A stretch of 64,000 nucleotides of DNA from Eledone cirrhosa (lineage: Eukaryota), in contig OZ024741.1 in assembly GCA_964016885.1 (NCBI GenBank), positions 403,682,001 through 403,746,000 of the forward strand, in the 5' to 3' direction. Positions within the stretch are counted from its first letter, which is position 1. Every line of letters begins with the position of its first letter. The position numbers and the translations under genes were made by a program. This document shows positions 15,001-28,569 of the stretch, piece by piece. The notes beneath the pieces were generated by a model. It did no database searches. It saw only the letters and a list, made by a program, of their open reading frames with translations, and had not been told where the DNA came from.

Positions 15001-18000
15001 CTGTATCTTCATGGAGCTGTCATAAGGTCATATGTTCTGTATCTTCATTGAGCTGTCATAAGGTCATATGTTCTGTATCTTCATGGAGCTGTTATCATGT
15101 CATATGATCTGTATCTTCATGGAGCAGTTATCATGTCATATGATCTGTATCTTCACGGAGCTGTCATAAGGTCATATGTTCTGTATCTTCATTGAGCTGT
15201 CATAAGGTCATATGTTCTGTATCTTCATGGAGCTGTTATCATGTCATATGATCTGTATCTTCATGGAGCTGTTATCATGTCATATGATCTGTATCTTCAC
15301 GGAGCTGTCATAAGGTCATATGTTCTGTATCTTCATGGAGCTGTCATAAGGTCATATGATCTGTATCTTCATGGAGCTGTCATAAGGTCATATGATCTGT
15401 ATCTTCATGGAGCTGTTATCATGTCATATGTTCTGTATCTTCGTGGAGCTGTCATAAGGTCATATGATCTGTATCTTCATGGAGCTGTCATCATGTCATA
15501 TGATCTGTATCTTCATGGAGCTGTCATCATGTCATATGATCTGTATCTTCATGGAGCTGTCATAAGGTCATATGATCTGTATCTTCATGGAGCTGTCATA
15601 AGGTCATATGATCTGTATCTTCATGGAGCTGTCATCATGTCATATGATCTGTATCTTCATGGAGCTATCATAAGGTCATATGATCTGTATCTTCATGGAG
15701 CTGTCATAAGGTCATATGATCTGTATCTTCATGGATCTGTCATAAGGTCATATGATCTGTATCTTCATGGAGCTATCATAAGGTCATATGATCTGTATCT
15801 TCATGGAGCTGTCATCATGTCATATGTTCTGTATCTTCATGGAGCTGTCATAAGGTCATATGATCTGTATCTTCATGGAGCTGTCATCATGTCATATGTT
15901 CTGTATCTTCATGGAGCTGTCATCATGTCATATGATCTGTATCTTCATGGAGCTGTCATCATGTCATATGATCTGTATCTTCATGGAGCTGTCATCATGT
16001 CATATGATCTGTATCTTCATGGAGCTGTCATGAGGTCATATGTTCTGTATCTTCATGGAGCTGTCATCATGTCATATGATCTGTATCTTCATGGAGCTGT
16101 CATAAGGTCATATGTTCTGTATCTTCATGGAGCTGTCATAAGGTCATATGTTCTGTATCTTCATGGAGCTGTCATCATGTCATATGATCTGTATCTTCAT
16201 GGAGCTGTCATCATGTCATATGTTCTGTATCTTCATGGAGCTGTCATCATGTCATATGATCTGTATCTTCATGGAGCTGTCATCATGTCACATGATCTGT
16301 ATCTTCATGGAGCTGTCATCATGTCATATGTTCTGTATCTTCATGGAGCTGTCATCATGTCATATGATCTGTATCTTCATGGAGCTGTCATAAGGTCATA
16401 TGATCTGTATGTTCATGGAGCTGTCATCATGTCACATGATCTGTATCTTCATGGAGCTGTCATCATGTCATATGTTCTGTATCTTCAAGGAGCTGTCATC
16501 ATGTCATATGATCTGTATCTTCATGGAGCTGTCATAAGGTCATATGATCTGTATCTTCATGGAGCTGTCATCATGTCATATGTTCTGTATCTTCATGGAG
16601 CTGTCATAAGGTCATATGTTCTGTATCTTCATGGAGCTGTTATCATGTCATATGATCTGTATCTTCATGGAGCTGTTATCATGTCATATGATCTGTATCT
16701 TCACGGAGCTGTCATAAGGTCATATGTTCTGTATCTTCATTGAGCTGTCATAAGGTCATATGTTCTGTATCTTCATGGAGCTGTTATCATGTCATATGAT
16801 CTGTATCTTCATGGAGCTGTTATCATGTCATATGATCTGTATCTTCATGGAGCTGTCATCATGTCATATGATCTGTATCTTCATGGAGCTGTCATAAGGT
16901 CATATGATCTGTATCTTCATGGAGCTGTCATAAGGTCATATGATCTGTATCTTCATGGATCTGTCATAAGGTCATATGATCTGTATCTTCATGGACCTAT
17001 CATAAGGTCATATGATCTGTATCTTCATGGAGCTGTCATCATGTCATATGTTCTGTATCTTCATGGAGCTGTCATAAGGTCATATGATCTGTATCTTCAT
17101 GGAGCTGTCATCATGTCATATGATCTGTATCTTCATGGAGCTGTCATAAGGTCATATGTTCTGTATCTTCATGGAGCTGTCATCATGTCATATGATCTGT
17201 ATCTTCATGGAGCTGTCATCATGTCATATGATCTGTATCTTCATGGAGCTGTCATGAGGTCATATGTTCTGTATCTTCATGGAGCTGTCATCATGTCATA
17301 TGATCTGTATCTTCATGGAGCTGTCATCATGTCATACGATCTGTATCTTCATGGAGCTGTCATAAGGTCATATGTTCTGTATCTTCATGGAGCTGTCATC
17401 ATGTCATATGATCTGTATCTTCATGGAGCTGTCATCATGTCATATGATCTGTATCTTCATGGAGCTGTCATCATGTCATATGATCTGTATCTTCATGGAG
17501 CTGTCATGAGGTCATATGATCTGTATCTTCATGGAGCTGTCATCATGTCATATGATCTGTATCTTCATGGAGCTGTCATCATGTCATATGATCTGTATCT
17601 TCATGGAGCTGTCATAAGGTCATATGTTCTGTATCTTCATGGAGCTGTCATAAGGTCATATGTTCTGTATCTTCATGGAGCTGTCATAAGGTCATATGAT
17701 CTGTATCTTCATGGATCTATCATAAGGTCATATGTTCTGTATCTTCATGGAGCTGTCATAAGGTCATTTGTTCTGTATCTTAATGGAGCTGTCATAAGGT
17801 CATATGTTCTGTATCTTCATGGAGCTGTCATCATGTCATATGATCTGTATCTTCATGGAGCTGTCATAAGGTCATATGTTCTGTATCTTCATGGAGCTGT
17901 CATAAGGTCATATGATCTGTATCTTCATGGAGCTGTCATAAGGTCATATGATCTGTATCTTCATGGAGCTGTCATCATGTCATATGATCTGTATCTTCAT

Positions 18001-20143
18001 GGAGCTGTCATAAGGTCATATGTTCTGTATCTTCATGGAGCTGTCATAAGGTCATATGATCTGTATCTTCATGGAGCTGTCATCATGTCATATGATCTGT
18101 ATCTTCATGGAGCTGTCATCATGTCATATGTTCTGTATCTTCATGGAGCTGTCATAAGGTCATATGATCTGTATCTTCATGGAGCTGTCATCATGTCATA
18201 TGATCTGTATCTTCATGGAGCTGTCATAAGGTCATATGATCTGTATCTTCATGGAGCTGTCATCATGTCATATGATCTGTATCTTCATGGAGCTGTCATA
18301 AGGTCATATGATCTGTATCTTCATGGAGCTGTCATAAGGTCATATGATCTGTATCTTCATGGAGCTGTCATCATGTCATATGATCTGTATCTTCATGGAG
18401 CTGTCATAAGGTCATATGATCTGTATCTTCATGGAGCTGTCATCATGTCATATGATCTGTATCTTCATGGAGCTATCATAAGGTCATATGATCTGTATCT
18501 TCATGGAGCTGTCATAAGGTCATATGATCTGTATCTTCATGGAGCTATCATAAGGTCATATGATCTGTATCTTCATGGAGCTGTCATAAGGTCATATGAT
18601 CTGTATCTTCATGGAGCTATCATAAGGTCATATGATCTGTATCTTCATGGAGCTGTCATCATGTCATATGATCTGTATCTTCATGGAGCTGTCATCATGT
18701 CATATGATCTGTATCTTCATGGAGCTGTCATAAGGTCATATGATCTGTATCTTCATGGAGCTGTCATCATGTCATATGATCTGTATCTTTATGGAGCTAT
18801 CATAAGGTCATATGATCTGTATCTTCATGGAGCTGTCATAAGGTCATATGATCTGTATCTTCATGGAGCTATCATAAGGTCATATGATCTGTATCTTCAT
18901 GGAACTGTCATCATGTCATATGATCTGTATCTTCATGGAGCTGTCATCATGTCATATGATCTGTATCTTCATGGAGCTGTCATAATGTCATATGATCTGT
19001 ATCTTCATGGAGCTGTCATCATGTCATATGATCTGTATCTTCATGGAGCTGTCATAAGGTCATATGATCTGTATCTTCATGGAGCTCTCATAAGGTCATA
19101 TGATCTGTATCTTCATGGAGCTGTCATCATGTCATATGATCTGTATCTTCATGGAGCTGTCATAAGGTCATATGATCTGTATCTTCATGGAGCTGTCATC
19201 ATGTCATATGATCTGTATCTTCATGGAGCTATCATAAGGTCATATGATCTGTATCTTCATGGAGCTGTCATAAGGCCATATGTTCTGTATCTTCATGGAG
19301 CTATCATCATGTCATATGTTCTGTATCTTCATGGAGCTGTCATCATGTCATATGATCTGTATCTTCATGGAGCTGTCATCATGTCATATGATCTGTATCT
19401 TCATGGAGCTGTCATCATGTCATATGATCTGTATCTTCATGGAGCTGTCATAAGGTCATATGTTCTGTATCTTCATGGAGATGTCATCATGTCATATGTT
19501 CTGTATCTTCATGGAGCTGTCATAAGGTCATATGATCTGTATCTTCATGGAGCTGTCATAAGGTCATATGATCTGTATCTTCATGGAGCTGTCATAAGGT
19601 CATATGATCTGTATCTTCATGGAGCTGTCATCATGTCATATGATCTGTATCTTCATGGAGCTGTCATAAGGTCATATGTTCTGTATCTTCATGGAGGTGT
19701 CATCATGTCATATGATCTGTATCTTCATGGAGCTGTCATAAGGTCATATGTTCTGTATCTTCATGGAGCTGTCATAAGGCCATATGTTCTGTATCTTCAT
19801 GGAGCTGTCATCATGTCATATGTTCTGTATCTTCATGGAGCTGTCATAAGGTCATATGTTCTGTATCTTCATGGAGCTGTCATCATGTCATATGATCTGT
19901 ATCTTCATGGAGCTGTCATAAGGCCATATGTTCTGTATCTTCATGGAGCTGTCATAAGGTCATATGATCTGTATCTTCATGGAGCTGTCATTATGTCATA
20001 TGATTTGTATCTTCATGGAGCTGTCATAAGGTCATATGAGCTGTAGCTTCATGGAGCTGTCATCATGTCTTATGATCTGTATCTTCATGGAGCTGTTATC
20101 ATGTCTTATGATCTGTAGCTTCATGGAGCTGTCATCATGTCAT
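1..20143. repeat. 36-bp tandem satellite (~560 units; consensus CATGGAGCTGTCAT[AAGG/CATG]TCATATG[A/T]TCTGTATCTT), runs off the left edge of the window
   Basis: Exact 36-bp periodicity, a few recurrent variant positions, and three 1-bp deletions (~2681, ~6352, ~14277). The long ORFs exist only because 36 nt = 12 codons. Confidence 0.98.
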
Positions 20144-20775
20144 AAACTGGTATGATGTGGTGCTGTCATTGTGTCATAAACTGGTATGGTGTGGTGCTGT
20201 CATCATGTCATAAACTGACATGATGTGGTGCTGTCAACGTGTCATAAACTGGTATGGTATGGCGCTGCCATCATGTCATAAACTGGTATGATGTGGTGCT
20301 GTCATTATGTCATAAACTACTATGGTGTGGTGCTGTCATCGTGTCATAAACTGGTATGGTGTGGTGCTGTCAACGTGTCATAAACTGCTATGGTGTGGTG
20401 CTGTCATCGTGTCATAAACTGGTATGGTGTGGTGCTGTCAACGTGTCATAAACTGCTATGGTGTGGTGCTGTCATCGTGTCATAAACTGGTATGGTGTGG
20501 TGCTGTCATCGTGTCATAAACTGGTATGGTGTGGTGCTGTCAACGTGTCATAAACTGGTATGGTGTGGTGCTGTCATCGTGTCATAAACTGGTATGGTGT
20601 GGTGCTGTCAACGTGTCATAAAATGGTATGGTGTGGTGCTGTCAACGTGTCATAAACTGGTATGGTGTGGTGCTGTCATCGTGTCATAAACTGGTATGGT
20701 GTGGTGCTGTCATCGTGTCATAAACTGCTATGGTGTGGTACTGTTATCGTGTCATAAACTAGCATAGTGTGGTGT
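20127..20775. repeat. 34-bp tandem satellite (~19 units; TGCTGTCATCGTGTCATAAACTGGTATGGTGTGG)
   Basis: Visible 34-bp period. Shares the TGGnGCTGTCATCRTGTCATA core with the 36-mer. Confidence 0.95.
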
Positions 20776-20924
20776 GATCCCTTAATTCCTGGTGGAGTCG
20801 TAGGGGCCCCGTATTGCCATACGACGTATCTAGGACATTTCTTTTTAAAGAGTGACGGAGCTGATCCTTCTCCCGGCATGGGTACAGCAGATTTCTTCTA
20901 GAGAAGGATAGAAAATGAGATGGA

Positions 20925-21122
20925 GAGATAGATAGATAGAGAGAGGTACATAGGAAGAACTGACTCCAGATAGATAGATAGTGAGAGAGAGAGAGAGAGA
21001 GAGGTACATAGGAAGAACTGACTCCAGATAGATAGATACAGAGATAGAGATAGAGAGAGAGAGAGAGACACACACACACACACAGAGGAAGAACTAACTC
21101 CAGATAGAGCGAGAGAGAGAGA

Positions 21123-21159
<37 letters not shown>

Positions 21160-21160
21160 C
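20925..21160. repeat. Compound GATA/GA/CA microsatellite with ~3 copies of a GGAAGAACTGACTCCAGATAG motif
   Basis: Motif repeated at ~20953, ~21011 and ~21087, separated by simple repeats. Confidence 0.8.
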
Positions 21161-21179
21161 AGTAAGAACTGACCTCAGT

Positions 21180-21330
21180 ACTAGACTGGTACTTTATTTT
21201 TACCGTCTTCGAAAGGATGAAAGACAAAGTTGACCTCGGTAGGATTTGAACTCAGATAGCAGAGCGCTGGAACAAATACCATAAACGATTCTACCCAACG
21301 TTCTAACAACTCTGCCAATTCACCGCCTTC
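21180..21330 (-). mobile_element. tRNA-derived SINE copy
   Basis: Reverse complement has TGGCAG A-box-like and GAGTTCAAATCC B-box motifs, followed by the GTCTTTCATCCTT...AAAATAAAGTACCAGT body shared by ~10 copies in the window. Confidence 0.8.
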
Positions 21331-21342
21331 ATAAATTGGTAA

Positions 21343-21523
21343 TTAATTGTTTCTACTTTTGGCACAAGGCCAGCAATTACCTAGTGCATTACTGGTACTT
21401 TATTTTATCGACCCCGTAAGGATGAAAGGCAAAGTTAACTTCGGCGGGATTTGAACTCACAATGGCAAGGGGCGTAACTCTATGCGTCAAAGCATGGCGT
21501 CCGACCCTCTACCGATACTGCCA
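21343..21523 (-). mobile_element. tRNA-derived SINE copy
   Basis: Reverse complement reads TGGCAGTATCGGTAGAG...GAGTTCAAATCCCGCCGAAGTTAACTTTGCCTTTCATCCTTACGGGGTCGATAAAATAAAGTACCAGT...GGCCTTGTGCC. Confidence 0.85.
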
Positions 21524-21730
21524 TGCTAAAACATGAAGCAAACTATGATAAATGCAGTAGCTAAAAGTTTAATCAATTCATTACCATATTTCTAATAAAA
21601 GACATTCTCTATAAGTTTCAAATGATTTAAAAAATAAATAATTATTTATAGGAATCTTGTAATATAATTAACATTCTCATTATTAAGCTGGTGTTTGGAA
21701 CATAACTTACTAAAGTGATTACATAAAATT

Positions 21731-21912
21731 ATAATTGTTTCTACTTTTGGCACAAGGCCAGCAATATCCCAGTATATTACTGGTACTTTATTTTGTCGAC
21801 CCCGTAAGGATGAAAGGCAAAGTTAACCCCGGCGGGATTTGAAATCAGACCATAAAGGGCCGTAACTCTTTGCTGCAAAGCATGGCGTCCGACTCTCTAC
21901 CGATACTGCCAA
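21731..21912 (-). mobile_element. tRNA-derived SINE copy
   Basis: Closely similar to 21343-21523. Confidence 0.85.
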
Positions 21913-22146
21913 AAATTATAATGGAAGGTTTTTAGTTAAATATAAAGTCTTTGAAATAAACGAAATTTGCATCGTAGAACCAGGGTCAGTATTATGCGGT
22001 TTGGAATAAACATGGTTAATATTGTGCTTGAAGCATTCTTCCGGAAAAAGGACATTCTAGTCATGGCAGGAATATCTTTCATTTTGGTCTGACTAAACAA
22101 AATAATATTCTGAGAGTAAGGTTTTTATATTGTTTACTGAAACAAA

Positions 22147-22255
22147 GGGCGGTGGATTGGCAGTATTAGTAGAGCGTCGGAAAACATGCTTTGTGGAATA
22201 TAGTTACGTCCCTTTTTCCTCTGAATTGAAATCCCGCCGATGATGGTTTGCCTTC
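22147..22255 (+). mobile_element. SINE 5' part, interrupted by the CR1 insertion (a SINE 3' part resumes at ~23500-23605)
   Basis: GGCGGTGGATTGGCAG...TTGAAATCCCGCCGA...TTTGCCTTCAT, with the continuation CTTCATCTTACGAGGTCGATAAAAT...GGCCTTGTGCC beyond the CR1 fragment. Confidence 0.65.
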
Positions 22256-23497
22256 ATAAATAAATAAAATAAATAAATAAATATAAATAATAAAAAATAT
22301 AAATAAATAAATAAATAATTAAATTATTGTGTAAAGTGCTCAGGTGCACTACAACTCGTCAAAGGTGCATGTATAGTATATAGAATAATATACAAATGTC
22401 AGGGAAGTAAATAGTGTATGAGTCATGATATACATGTGTATGTGTATGGAGGGGGAACATTAGCTGTAGTGTTGGCGAATCTCGGGAAGCATGGAGGCCT
22501 TAAAGGATGCAGTGTCTCGACAGCTAACAACTGATGCAGGTAGTTTGTTCCATGGTTGTTTTAAAGGATGCAATGTCCCAACAACTAACAACTGATGCAG
22601 GTAGTTTGTTCCATGGAGGTTTTAAAGGATGCAGTGTTTCGACAGCTAACAACTGATGCAGGTAGTTTGTTCCATGGAGGTTTTAAAGGATGCAGTGTCC
22701 CAACAACTAACAACTGATGCAGGTAGTTTGTTCCATGGAGGTTTTAAAGGATGCAGTGTCTTGACAGCTAACAACTGATGCAGGTAGTTTGTTCCATGGT
22801 TGTTTTAAAGGATGCAATGTCCCAACAACTAACAACTGATGCAGGTAGTTTGTTCCATGGAGGTTTTAAAGGATGCTGTGTTTCGACAGCTAATAACTGA
22901 TGCAGGTAGTTTGTTCCATGGAGGTTTTAAAGGATGCAGTGTTTCGACAGCTAACAACTGATGCAGGTAGTTTGTTCCATGGAGGTTTTAAAGGATGCAG
23001 TGTCTCGACAGCTAACAACTGATGCAGGGAGTTTGTTCCATGCTTCAGCAACTCTGAGCGTGAAAACATGTTTCCGAAAGTCATGGGAGCTGTGCTGTTT
23101 TCTGACTTTGTGGGCATGCCCACATGTGTTAGACACATGGAAATCAAAAAGGTACTCAGGGTTGTTGTTGGCAAGATGGTTAATAATTTTGTTGGTGTTT
23201 ACCAAGCCAGTTGCCAGATCTCGGAGCTTCAATGTATCCATGCCCAGGGAAGTAAGGCATTCAGAGTATGGTAGATGCCTGATGGAGGGTATTCGCTTGG
23301 TTGCACGTCTCTGAACAGTTTCCAGGAGGTCAATGTTCTGAGCAAGATAGGGGTTCCAGACTGGTGATGCAAATTCTAAGTGTGGCCGCACCATAGCCAT
23401 GTACAGCCTTAAATAGATAGTTGGAGAGCGGATGATGAAGGTCTTGCTGAGTGATGCTAAGACACCCTCGGCCCTCTTCACAATTTTAGAGACGTGC
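22256..23497 (-). mobile_element. 5'-truncated CR1-clade LINE: RT C-terminal region, 3' UTR and (ATTT)n tail
   Basis: ORF 22951..23577 contains LYMAMVRPHLEFASPVWNPY, LETVQRRATKRIP and FTLRVAEAWNKLPASVV, typical CR1 C-terminal motifs. (AAAT)n at 22256-22320 on + is the tail. Confidence 0.88.
22491..23042. repeat. 61-bp tandem minisatellite (~9 copies) amplified from the CR1 ORF2 end
   Basis: Unit CATGGAGGTTTTAAAGGATGCAGTGTTTCGACAGCTAACAACTGATGCAGGTAGTTTGTTC, period 61. Confidence 0.93.
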
Positions 23498-23627
23498 TTC
23501 ATCTTACGAGGTCGATAAAATATAGAACCAGTAATGCACTGGGGTCGACTTAATCGACTTCCCCCTCCCCACAACAATGTTGGCCTTGTGCCTGAATCAG
23601 AGACTCTTATTTACTCAATATATTTAA

Positions 23628-23806
23628 TAATTGTTTCTACTTTTGGCACAAGGTCAGCAATTCACCAGTGTATTACTGGTACTTTATTTTATCGACCCCC
23701 CTAAGGATGAAAGACAAAGTTAACCTCGGCGGGATTTGAACTCAGTCCGTAAAGGGCCGTAACTGTACTGCAAAGCATGACGTGCGACCCTCTACCGATA
23801 CTGCCA
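23628..23806 (-). mobile_element. tRNA-derived SINE copy
   Basis: Same family as 21343-21523. Confidence 0.85.
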
Positions 23807-24019
23807 ATAATTCAGTTATGACCCTTTAAGTTCTGGCTTAAAATCCCACAGGATTTTACTTTGTGTTTCATTATTTTGGGATCCATTAAATAATCCATTA
23901 ATTTCAATAAGTACCAGTCAAATACGGGAGTTAATTTAATTACCTGTATTCGCTCGCCCCTCACCATATTTTGGTGGTCTTATTTGCCCCAGTCACCAAT
24001 CTGGTACTTTCTCAAACCC

Positions 24020-24488
24020 ACGAAGTCATGAATCTTGGGTAATGACCGAAAGAATACGATCGCGAGTAGATGCGGCGAAATGGGGTTCCTCCGATGGGTC
24101 TTTGGAGTAATGTTATTCGATAGAGTGTGTAGCTCGGAGATGAGCGAGTTACTCCGGGTAGAGCCGCCACTTCTCTGATTTGAGAGATCACTGCTGTGAT
24201 GTGGCTAGAATGTCTGAGGAAAGAATCGCTGGAGGACAGCTTTTACGGGCAAAACCAACTGGCAGGGGACCCAGTGGTAGACCCTAAGCAAGATGATTGG
24301 ATAACATCAATGAGCCTGGCTGGTCTCGCTTTGGGATCCAGCCGGGCTTCTGACAAGACCCACTGGAAGGAGTGTTTCAGGACTCTGCCTCCACGACACC
24401 CTCAGTAATAGGTGGGCGAAGAAGAAGAAGAAGAAGAAGAAGAAGAAGAAGAAGAAGAAGAAGAAGAAGAAGAAGAAGAAGAAGAAGA
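24020..24488 (+). mobile_element. Degenerate 3' fragment of an RTE-clade LINE with a (GAA)n tail
   Basis: Frameshifted translation HESWVMTERIRSRVDAA/EMGFLRWVFGVMLFDRV.SSEM.ELLRVEP matches RTE RT C-terminal motifs. A (GAA)~23 run at 24418-24488 follows directly. Confidence 0.75.
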
Positions 24489-25459
24489 GTTATCCACTAA
24501 ACTCACCACACAAAGTGAGAAATAATTATAGCTATTGTGTTTAAATATATTTATAAAAACCATACCCTTCCAATTTTCTATATTTATAATTCCAACTTGA
24601 ATTATTCCTAATGAGATATCCCCTGATATTATGACAAACAATGTGGCGTTGAGAAACCAGGAATCAAGAGAAAAAAATCAAACTAATTAAAAATGATCAC
24701 CCTTTGGCAATATTATAATAAACATCATCAAGTTATTTGCCTCTGTTTACAGAAAATCACAAAACGTTGTATAATTTTAAAGTTGAGTTTGCCAATATAA
24801 CCAGATTTATTTACATTAATTTTCTTAAACCCGAGGGCTAATCATACGATATCAGTACCCCACACCCCACAAACATACACACATACACAAACACACACAC
24901 ATATATATATATACATAGGTATATATACATACATATATATATATGCATATATATATATATATATATATAATATATATATATATATTAGTAAAAAGGAAAA
25001 GAAAATGGTGACAAATTTTTCCCAGTGAAAAATAGTTTAATTAGGAATAAGTATAAATTAGTAATAAGTATTAGTATTCAGTTATAGTTTTAAGTTTTTA
25101 CCGGTTGCGCATTTCTAATGCTTTACAAAAATAATTTTGAGATAGAGTGCTTGTGAATTTTGCTCTAAGCTGATCAGTTTTTGAAATTTTTCCTGTTTTA
25201 TGTGAAAAAAGTGGCTTGGGAGGTATTAACCAACCAAATCTTAAGAAACTAGTTCATCGCTCCTTTGTCAGTGTTGAACAAAAGGGCAACGATGGTTGCC
25301 GAACACTGTACGGCTTAATTCGGGCTGTTTGTTTACAAACAAACCGAACATTATAATAAATGTTCGGTAAACCCATACGTACATATATATATATATGTGC
25401 ATGTATGTATGTATATACATACTACTGTACGTCTGTATACATATATGTACGTATACATA

Positions 25460-25686
<227 letters not shown>

Positions 25687-26182
25687 AACATGGGAAGAAA
25701 GATGAATACTGCGTGGTTGCACATGGGTTACATATTATAAAATTAGTCCCTCATCATTGGTATTTCATCGCATTAAAAATCAGATACCTCAGGTTGGTGC
25801 GAGCAATAACTAAAATAAGCTATTGGGACAAGTGAATCGCGTAAAGCGAGTGAGACAAGTAAACAACATAGAAGGAAAAGCAAACCGAAGGTAGGAAAAC
25901 AGCAAGCAACATGATGGTTATCCGGTCAGCATAATCTGGGTGAATTTCATGAGCGGTCAGAAAACAGATAGTCCGCCGTGAATGAGATGTGAGAAAGAAA
26001 GAACCCCACTACTAACGAATGGGAGGAAGTGAGAAGGGGAGAAACAGAGAGTGAGTGAGTGGAAGTGCGATATATATATATTTATTAAAATAACAGATTA
26101 AAGTTTAAGCAAAGAATCGGTGCTTTCACTCTTAACGGGATCTTCTGAAACTTTGGATTTTAGTCTTCAAATGTATTATTAT

Positions 26183-26283
<101 letters not shown>

Positions 26284-28569
26284 CGTCTAATGATTTCGGA
26301 GAATATGCCTTCAATCCTTTCAAGGACGATCAATAAAGTAATTTAGAAATGGGGGTAAATTCTTCCTTTATATATCTTCGTCAGTTGTTCTTTCATCCAC
26401 TCGGAGAGGGATTACCTCTGCCGAATTTAAATGTCCAAGACACACGGTATGTTACCTCGGCATGACTAGGACTGTATCAGGAAGTAAAGGCTTATCCATT
26501 TATAAAATCGTAACACGTTACCTGTTGAAAACGGTCATCGCCGAACGAGCAAAAGGAAATATCACCAAAGAAGTACATCTTATTATTTTTACAGACTAAG
26601 TTTAGAGTTCTACATACATACATCAGACACAATCTCCCACCATTGCAAAAATAAAAACAAAACAAAAAACAAAACCAAAACAAAACAAAAACAAAAACAA
26701 AAACAATAAACAATAACAAAAACAAAAAGACAAAAGCGAAAAGAATTCAATTTTGTATAAAAGGAAATTGCACAAATTACAAAATTATGGAAGTACACTT
26801 TTTAAACGATTTCCACAAAAGTAGGTTTCTAGAAGTGGCTACCAATTTTATTTCTAATTTACGAATTTGTGCAATTTCCTTTTATATGTTAAGAGTTTGT
26901 CTAAACTTTGACTGACGTAATGGGTGGGTGTGATGAGAGTTGTCTTGGCATAATACAATTGTTGAAGTCCATAGCCAGTATCTTTCATTAGAAATACCGA
27001 ATGTTATGCCTGTGTCTTTGGTAGGTTCTGTAATATGAGGGTCGGTTGAAAAGCTCAGTCTGAAACGCTCATAAACTGACCAAGATACTCTCATGGAATG
27101 ACCAAACGAGGTTTATTTTTTAACATAGTCCTAGGAAAGAAACAATGCAGTTATTGATAAGTAGAGTTGAAATTAATGGATGTAAGATTTCACAGGGCTA
27201 GCATCACTCCTTCATAGTCAACCTATGAAATATTCCGCCCATCCCCGAAGTAGTGTGGAAACTATTAACACTAATTGTTAGTGTTTACTGTGTGTGTGCA
27301 TGTATGTATATGTGTGAGTGTGTGTATATGTGTGTGTGTAGGTATATGTGTGAGTGTGTGTATATGTGTGTGTGTGTGATCTGTATTTCCCACTCACTGT
27401 TCAATGGTAAGTCCGCCTTATGGTCGCGGCCGACAGGATGGAGATTACATTGCTCCGAAGGACTTGGAGGGAGTCGATCTGCTGGAACAGCTACCCCACC
27501 TCATGGGGCTCGCTCTTGCGTGTAGACAACTCCACTCCTACAGTAGTGAGAAAGGAACAGATATGATCCGAGGACTGGGGGACATAGAACGCCGGAGGTC
27601 TCCATTGTTATAGGTTTGACAAGAAATCAGTCCTCTTCATGGGTTCTCACATGCAGCTAGCCAACTCTGTTCCGATAGCAGTGAGTAGGGATGAGGTAAG
27701 AGTGCCAAGAGCGCCGAATTCTCCACTGCCATAGGATCAACCACAAACCTATCAAAGAGCGGCCGAGACTTTAGCCTGACGAGCAGCGAAGTCTGCGCTG
27801 GTAGCCGAACGCACCAGAATATACAATTGTAAACTTAGTCTGTAATAAGAATATTCCTTTGTTTGACGATATGTCCTCTTCTTTCAAGGATCACCGAGAT
27901 CAGTTTTACTTTCAGGGAAACTTGGTAACGAAAATATAGCAGATCATTTGATAACTCTCATGATTTTGTGTGGTGTATCAACATTTTGATTCCTTTACAG
28001 TCGCAGTAAATTTCCTTTAAAATGGCACACATTATTGTTTCAGATTTTTACTATTCCGATTGATCGATTTGTTCGTCTCTTTTGTAACCATGACAACCTT
28101 CCAATGACGCGTTTTATGATGTAGTAAAAAGATAATGTTGTGCTGTTCTAAATAATCTAATCTCCAGTTTACTGAGCCTTGAAAGACTCATTCGACCGGT
28201 TATAAATAATGGTTCATATTTTCCTTAAATTACACACGACTGACATACACTGTAAAACACACATTGTATAACCGAAACAAATATGAAGTACACTAAATCC
28301 AATTCTCCTAGGGGCGGCCCTAGTTCTTCTTATTTGCGAGTGTAAACTCGGCCAGATTAGATTAGATTAGATAACCTAGTATTAGAGACACTAACATAAG
28401 GTTACTGATGATGATCAAGGTTGATCCTGGCTCTGCGAGATCAGGTCTGGCCTGGGGTTAAATAACAAAATGTTAAAAAGATTTTTACGAAAATGAAATT
28501 ATTTGAGATTATACCCTACCAACATCAACACAAACAAATAAAATGTTTTGATATATTTAGTTATGACAC

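Noticed and set aside
88-20046. Huge ORFs of (SYDLYLHGAVI[R/M])n as a repetitive protein gene
   Set aside because: Open only because the unit is 12 codons. The commonest variants are non-synonymous, stops and frameshifts are propagated with the block duplications, and there are no unique N- or C-termini or splice context.
1-20775. CRISPR array (36-bp repeat length)
   Set aside because: Repeats are contiguous with no unique spacers, there are no cas genes, and the context is eukaryotic.
21343-21523. tRNA genes
   Set aside because: The A/B boxes belong to SINE heads. No cloverleaf could be formed and the copies are followed by the SINE body.
27398-27930. Possible solo LTR (GC-richer block starting TGTT, ending GTAACG); similar block at ~48876-49305
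   Set aside because: No second copy, PBS/PPT or convincing TSD in the window. Needs a repeat-library search.
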